A stretch of DNA of 64,000 nt from Minisyncoccota bacterium (GTDB lineage: Bacteria > Patescibacteriota > Minisyncoccia > Phycocordibacterales > UBA1550). The DNA is taken from contig JALNYL010000007.1 in NCBI GenBank assembly GCA_023229865.1, positions 325-64,324 of the forward strand, read 5' to 3'. Below are positions 59,181 through 64,000 of the stretch, in pieces. Below the pieces are notes generated by a model that worked only from the letters and a program-made list of their open reading frames with translations, was not told the origin of the DNA and did not search any database. Positions within the stretch are counted from its first letter, which is position 1, and each line of letters begins with the position of its first letter. Position numbers and translations under genes: made by a program.

Positions 59181-59230
59181 TTACCCGACTTGAAAAATAT
59201 CCTGAACTAGGGTAGACTCAAAAAACTATT

Positions 59231-59656
59231 ATGGCAAAGAAAATAACAAAAAAAGTAAAAGTAGTCGTTCCTGCGGGAAAGGCAACACCAGCGCCTCCTT
59301 TGGGGCCTGCGCTTGGACAAGCGGGTGTAAACATTGGTGAGTTCGTTACCAAGTTCAACGCCGCAACCGCTGACAAGATGGGGGACATGGTTCCTGTAGT
59401 CATCACTGTTTACGAGGATCGTACATTCGACTTCGTAATGAAGACACCTCCCGCATCAGGACTTGTGAAGAAGGCAGCAGGACTCGCAAGTGGTTCAAAG
59501 AAGCCTGGCTCAAGCAAGGCAGGATCAATCACAAGCGCTCAGCTCCGCGAGATCGCCGAGAAGAAGATGCCTGACCTCTCAGCAAACGATGTTGAGGCAG
59601 CAATGAAGATCATTGCAGGAACAGCACGTTCAGCAGGTATCGAGATCAAGGGATAA
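59231..59656 (+). CDS. rplK: 50S ribosomal protein L11
   Basis: [26 protein letters not shown]. Confidence 0.9.
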   Translation: MAKKITKKVKVVVPAGKATPAPPLGPALGQAGVNIGEFVTKFNAATADKMGDMVPVVITVYEDRTFDFVMKTPPASGLVKKAAGLASGSKKPGSSKAGSITSAQLREIAEKKMPDLSANDVEAAMKIIAGTARSAGIEIKG

Positions 59657-59671
59657 TACCCTAAAAAGAAA

Positions 59672-59700
59672 AAACCGTTCATGCGAACGGTTTTTTCTTT
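59672..59700 (+). terminator. Intrinsic terminator directly after rplK (no rplA follows)
   Basis: AAAAAACCGTTCATGCGAACGGTTTTTTC. Confidence 0.6.
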
Positions 59701-59818
59701 TGCAAATTTTAGTTTTAGTAAACGATGGATAGACCTTTACATTTAGCTTTTTCTAAAGTAGTATCCAATTTAGAAAGTGTAGTTGTTATTTCAATCAACG
59801 AACGAAAGTGAGGGACAC

Positions 59819-60424
59819 ATGTCTGCCCAAAACATCAAGAGTATTTTGTCTCAAAGTGCTTCTTTTGAAGACCGTTTTATTCCGGACTTGGAACATCTCA
59901 AGGTCGTTACAAAAAACCTTCAGGACGCTGGTTATAAGGTCGTCCTTACCCAAGGCGTTTACGACTTGCTCCATGAGGGTCATGGTAAGTATCTTGAACT
60001 GGCGAAGGCCCAAGGCGACATCTTGATTGTCGGCGTCGACACCGACGAGTATACGCGTAAACGCAAGGGGGACAATCGCCCCATAGTGCCAGAATCTGAG
60101 CGTCTCCGGATGCTGACATTTTTGCGCTCTGTGGACATCGTTACATTGCGTACGCTCCCAGCGTCTGAAAAAGATATTGATTACTTGCATAAGGCGCTTC
60201 GGCCCGATGTCTTTGTTATGTCGACGACGACGAAAGATTTTCCTCAGGAAAAACGAGCTGAGATAGAGCGGTATGTCGGCAAGGTCGAGATTTTTGAGCC
60301 ACAGGCGGAAACTTCAAGCACTGCTCGGATTCGTCACCTAATGATCGACGGAGCCTCGGAACTCGTCAAACGTCTCAATTCAATAACGCAGCAATTCATC
60401 GATGAAATGCGGGGGAAACCATGA
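59819..60424 (+). CDS. Cytidylyltransferase-family nucleotidyltransferase
   Basis: HxGH motif GVYDLLHEGH. RBS GAGGG. Confidence 0.55.
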   Translation: MSAQNIKSILSQSASFEDRFIPDLEHLKVVTKNLQDAGYKVVLTQGVYDLLHEGHGKYLELAKAQGDILIVGVDTDEYTRKRKGDNRPIVPESERLRMLTFLRSVDIVTLRTLPASEKDIDYLHKALRPDVFVMSTTTKDFPQEKRAEIERYVGKVEIFEPQAETSSTARIRHLMIDGASELVKRLNSITQQFIDEMRGKP

Positions 60425-61263
60425 GCAATATTGTTATCGCGTTTATCCCGGTGCTTCATCGCGGGTATCTAGACTTCCTCAAGCAAAGCGGGGCAAAGGA
60501 TATCTATCTGCTCAGCGCAGAGGATACTCCTGAGCTCTCGTACCTTTCTCGCGAAATGCGAGCGCTTCATTTTGATGAAGTGGAAGTGATGTTGAGCGGG
60601 TATGGTTTCAGGGTGTACCGTTTCTCTTCCGAAGTCGAAAGACTTAAGGTGGGAGACTTCGACATCCTTATGCCTGACGAAGACATCACACGTGCTGTCT
60701 ACAAGAAGCACTTCGAAGGGAAGCAGGTGAAGTTCATCAACACCTTCTTGCGTTGGGACTGGGCGAAGTCAACTGCTTTTACTCCGGTGGCTCCCGAGGC
60801 TGACAGGGTTCTCTCAATAGGGGACATTGAAGCGGAAATCGTTTCGCGGAACTTCCGGTTACTTTTTCAGGAGCTCACAAAAAGTTCCGATTGGTGGCGG
60901 CAAGTGTCTGCGATGGCTGTTTGCAAAAGCGGCGAGGTTATCGTTGCGTACAACAAGCATTTCCCAAACGAGTACGTTCCCTATATTGATGGTGACCCTC
61001 GGAACAATTTTGGACCGGGGGAATTCATCGAAGTGTCATCAGCTCTGCATGGTGAAATCGCAGTTATTGCAGAAGCTGCAAGACAGGGGGTCTCTCTGGA
61101 AGATGCAGATTTGTTGGTCACTACATTTCCTTGTTGTGGCTGCGCAGCTGCCGTCTCTGTCTCAGGCGTTCAGCGTGTATTTTTCACAGGCGGGTATTCT
61201 AATCTCAATGGGGTAAAGGACTTGCGTGATCGTGGAATTGAAATCATTTACGTAGAACTCTAG
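60421..61263 (+). CDS. Two-domain protein: unknown N-terminal domain fused to a CMP/dCMP deaminase zinc-binding domain
   Basis: C-terminal HGEIAVI...PCCGCAAAV (H-x-E and PCxxC). Start overlaps the upstream stop (ATGA). Confidence 0.55.
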   Translation: MSNIVIAFIPVLHRGYLDFLKQSGAKDIYLLSAEDTPELSYLSREMRALHFDEVEVMLSGYGFRVYRFSSEVERLKVGDFDILMPDEDITRAVYKKHFEGKQVKFINTFLRWDWAKSTAFTPVAPEADRVLSIGDIEAEIVSRNFRLLFQELTKSSDWWRQVSAMAVCKSGEVIVAYNKHFPNEYVPYIDGDPRNNFGPGEFIEVSSALHGEIAVIAEAARQGVSLEDADLLVTTFPCCGCAAAVSVSGVQRVFFTGGYSNLNGVKDLRDRGIEIIYVEL

Positions 61264-61343
61264 CGTCGTTTATGACGCAACAAAGGCCAGCAGATATTTT
61301 GCTGGCCTTTTAATTTGCATATTAAAATAACAAACGCAAACTA

Positions 61344-61814
61344 TTATTTTTTAGTTTTATATCCAGCGTACAAGAGAAGTGGCTCAGAGTCTTTTCTTTT
61401 CTTTGTTCCAAGGACATAGTGAGCGTGTAGGTGACTAACGCTTCCGCCTGTGTAATCAGTGTCGCCAAATCGGAACAAGAAAACGCCAGCAGGGAGAGAA
61501 AGATCTTTCTCAAGTTTTTTTGTAATGTCGAGAAATTCTTTTAAAGCCGCTGGTGTTAACTCAGTAAAAGAGACTATGTGCCTTCGGTGTACAAACATTA
61601 AGTGGTGTTTTGCGCCTTTATAGGGGTTAAAGTTTTCTGTTACCACCCAATGCTTTCCTTGAACAAGAGCGGGTTTATTGTGGTACACAAATGACTCTCG
61701 TTTTTTCGAAAAGTCTACGCAAAAAGGGCAAGCTTCATCCTTTATTATTTTTTCGTACACGTCTTTTTTTTCTCTCGCGTGGCTAATGTTGACCAAGGGT
61801 TTCATAATATTCAC
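61344..61814 (-). CDS. HIT-family protein
   Basis: Histidine triad HLHAHYV. CPFC zinc motif. Confidence 0.7.
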   Translation of the reverse strand: MNIMKPLVNISHAREKKDVYEKIIKDEACPFCVDFSKKRESFVYHNKPALVQGKHWVVTENFNPYKGAKHHLMFVHRRHIVSFTELTPAALKEFLDITKKLEKDLSLPAGVFLFRFGDTDYTGGSVSHLHAHYVLGTKKRKDSEPLLLYAGYKTKK

Positions 61815-61866
61815 AGCATAACAAAAAGCCTCCCCTTTGTGAAAGGGGAGGCAAAAGTACTGTTTG

Positions 61867-62784
61867 TTATACCGGCGTCGGGATGTTCATTTTTTCATGA
61901 GCCGTGTATTCAGACAACGTGAAATGCTTCGCACGAAAGTCGTGAATATTGGTAATACCTTTCTCGAGGGTGATAATCGGGAAGGGGAACGGCTCGCGCG
62001 CGATGAGCTCTTCAGCGGCTTGGTACTGGCATCCATAGAGATGCACATCGGAGAATGTTTGAACAAACTCCACAAATGTGTAACCAAGGATTTGCGCCAG
62101 CATCATCCCCATTGTGGTGTACTGAATCATGTTGAATACAACACCGACAAGAAGGTCGCCTTTGTGCTGCACGTGATGCAGGGTGAGTTCCTTGCGTTCG
62201 GGGTCGAGCAGTATGTGCACGTCCCCGTGACACGGAGATACTACAACCTTCCTTGTCCCGAGGGGGCCGAAAATCTCGGGAGGATACCAGTTAGAGAGAC
62301 GGTGTGTCCGCAGGTGCGGTGCGCGTTTCATCTGTTCGATAATTGCATCGATTTGATTAAACTCACCACCGCCCCTCATGGGGAATCTCGTCCAGACTGC
62401 GCCGTATGACGCAGTCCCGAGGTCGCCTTCTGGGAGTCCGAAGATAGCGCATTTTTCCTTCGTAACCCATGGTGCCCACCATTTTGGATTAAGTCCGTAT
62501 GCAACCAGCTCTTCGAGGGTTTGAGCCCCGTTCAAGAAACCGATTTCTTCCGAGATTGCTCCATGAAAGAGGCCCGACAGGTCACGCAAGTTCATGACGG
62601 GTGCGCCGTTTGCCATATCGAAATGGAACTGCGCCCCCACAACCATTCTTGCTTCGCCGCCTTGAATAGGATGAACCGTGCGCCCCTTTGTCAGGATGCG
62701 CTCGATTAAATCTCTGAATTGATAATCCGGAACCCTTTGTTCGAGGGGGAGATAGTTTACAACAGGTGGTTTTTCTTGCATCAC
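61867..62784 (-). CDS. Divergent thymidylate synthase (ThyA)-family protein, possibly a pyrimidine hydroxymethylase
   Basis: Catalytic SPCH. RLSNWYP (compare SAWNP). C-terminal VHLYGCQY...REPFPFP (compare DAHIY...REPRPFP). Lacks the canonical DRTGTG motif. Confidence 0.5.
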   Translation of the reverse strand: MMQEKPPVVNYLPLEQRVPDYQFRDLIERILTKGRTVHPIQGGEARMVVGAQFHFDMANGAPVMNLRDLSGLFHGAISEEIGFLNGAQTLEELVAYGLNPKWWAPWVTKEKCAIFGLPEGDLGTASYGAVWTRFPMRGGGEFNQIDAIIEQMKRAPHLRTHRLSNWYPPEIFGPLGTRKVVVSPCHGDVHILLDPERKELTLHHVQHKGDLLVGVVFNMIQYTTMGMMLAQILGYTFVEFVQTFSDVHLYGCQYQAAEELIAREPFPFPIITLEKGITNIHDFRAKHFTLSEYTAHEKMNIPTPV

Positions 62785-62903
62785 GTGCCTCCGTTTTGTG
62801 TGAAAGTATCTATTAAGGTGCTTTGTTTCCTGAGTGATTTATATCAGAAAATTAGGCATTGTCAATCTTTCGTAAAGAGAGACGCGTGGTAATATTCAAT
62901 TAT

Positions 62904-63326
62904 ATGGAACTCAATATTAAAAAACTTCACCCGAGCGCTATGGTGCCAACGTATGCACACGATGGCGATGCGGGATTTGATTTGTGCGCGATTGAAAATG
63001 TGATCATCAAGGCAGGGGAGCGCACGCTTGTGCGTACGGGGATTGCAATGGAAATCCCTTTTGGTTACGTGGGGCTCATTTGGGACAAGAGCGGACTCTC
63101 GATGAATCACGGGCTCAAGACACTCGGTGGCGTCGTAGATGCGGGGTATCGCGGAGAAGTCACGGTGGGCATTATTAATCTGAGTACGAGTGATTACACC
63201 TTCGTCGCGGGGCACAAAGTTGCGCAAATGCTTATTCAAAAAGTTGAACGAGTAGAAATAAAAGAAGCTGAGGAGCTTTCTGGTACCACGCGCGGGGAGA
63301 GCGGATATGGCAGTACGGGGAAGTAA
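62904..63326 (+). CDS. dut: dUTP diphosphatase
   Basis: GDAGFDL, GLIWDKSG, GYRGEV and RGESGYGSTG motifs. Confidence 0.8.
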   Translation: MELNIKKLHPSAMVPTYAHDGDAGFDLCAIENVIIKAGERTLVRTGIAMEIPFGYVGLIWDKSGLSMNHGLKTLGGVVDAGYRGEVTVGIINLSTSDYTFVAGHKVAQMLIQKVERVEIKEAEELSGTTRGESGYGSTGK

Positions 63327-63379
63327 GTCTTGATTTAATCTTTTGGCAGGTGGAACATCGCATGCTATGATGCGCTTAT

Positions 63380-64000
63380 ATGATGAGTGAAAAGCTAGAA
63401 ACATTGGTACGTGAGGCACTCGGAGCGCTTGGTATTGAGGCGACGACGGTTACCATCGAACGTCCTGCAGATATTACCCACGGCGACTATTCGACCAACG
63501 CCGCTCTTGCGTATGCAAAGGTTGCTGGTGTTTCACCGCGCGAACTCGCAGGGAAACTCATGGAGAAAATTTTGGAAGAACCAACCGAAGAGGTGAAGGA
63601 GCTTGAGATTGCAGGGCCTGGGTTTATCAATTTCCGACTTTCGGATGAGGTAATAAGAAAAGAAAACTCAAGGGAAAAAGTTGATCTCAAAACTATTTAT
63701 TCAGGAAAGAATATTCTTGTCGAGCATTCATCCCCAAACCTCTTTAAGCCATTTCACATTGGACACCTTATGAACAATATTGTGGGGGAGTTTGTTGCGC
63801 GCGCGATGACGAAAGGTGGAGCCTCTGTGCAGACAGTCGCGTTCCCGTCTGATATTTCACTCGGTATCGCAAAGGCTATCTACGTACTCCAAAAGGATGG
63901 GGGAACTTCGCAGCAGATATTTAAAGACATGACGACCTCAGGAGATTTTGAGGATAAAACAAAAGTAGTTAATTATCTCGGGGAGTGCTACACGCGTGGC
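63380..64000 (+). CDS. argS: Arginyl-tRNA synthetase, 3' truncated by the window end
   Basis: N-terminal Arg_tRNA_synt_N-like domain. HIGH motif SSPNLFKPFHIGHL. Confidence 0.8.
   Translation, partial: MMSEKLETLVREALGALGIEATTVTIERPADITHGDYSTNAALAYAKVAGVSPRELAGKLMEKILEEPTEEVKELEIAGPGFINFRLSDEVIRKENSREKVDLKTIYSGKNILVEHSSPNLFKPFHIGHLMNNIVGEFVARAMTKGGASVQTVAFPSDISLGIAKAIYVLQKDGGTSQQIFKDMTTSGDFEDKTKVVNYLGECYTRG

Noticed and set aside
1-64000. Prophage, integrative element or IS
   Set aside because: No integrase, transposase, terminase or capsid genes recognised. The tail-collar fragment and the AT-rich island are the only mobile-looking features, and neither has flanking att-like direct repeats that I could find.

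Overview
The window reads as a small-genome bacterium with Candidate Phyla Radiation / Parcubacteria-like character. This rests on gene content only: type IV pilus genes (pilB, pilM/N/O), a phosphoketolase (xfp) plus acetate kinase (ackA) fermentation pair, many small hypothetical secreted/membrane proteins, large Fn3/He_PIG-type surface proteins, and rplK not followed by rplA. No taxonomy can be assigned from 64 kb. Housekeeping genes identified are ruvB, ruvA, ruvX/yqgF, polA, tsaE, cdd, a Mur ligase, rpsT, rplS, rplK, nusG, secE, uppS, uppP, pgi, rarA, an RluA-family pseudouridine synthase, dut and argS (3' truncated). Seven tRNA genes are present: Lys-TTT, Arg-GCG, Ser-TGA, Arg-TCT, Val-TAC, Leu-GAG, His-GTG. 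No rRNA, no CRISPR array and no recognisable transposase or integrase were found. Several very close-to-consensus sigma70-type promoters and many bidirectional hairpin terminators are visible. Three items stand out. (1) A low-GC three-gene island at 40.2-42.1 kb (unknown protein, 4-TM membrane protein, protein with an Rx4H HEPN-like motif), sitting beside an ADP-ribosylglycohydrolase; it looks like a horizontally acquired candidate defense or abortive-infection module. (2) Six of the seven tRNA genes are convergent with a non-coding element on the opposite strand. Each element ends in an inverted duplicate of that tRNA's own 3' terminus, mirrored across a shared terminator hairpin, and has a conserved 5' body of one of two families (a ~64-nt imperfect palindrome, or a GGAATCGCCTCTCC... 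core). (3) A nucleotide-metabolism/modification cluster: cytidylyltransferase, an unknown domain fused to a dCMP-deaminase domain, a HIT protein, a divergent ThyA-family enzyme and dUTPase. All calls rest on motif recognition by eye; no database searches were run.
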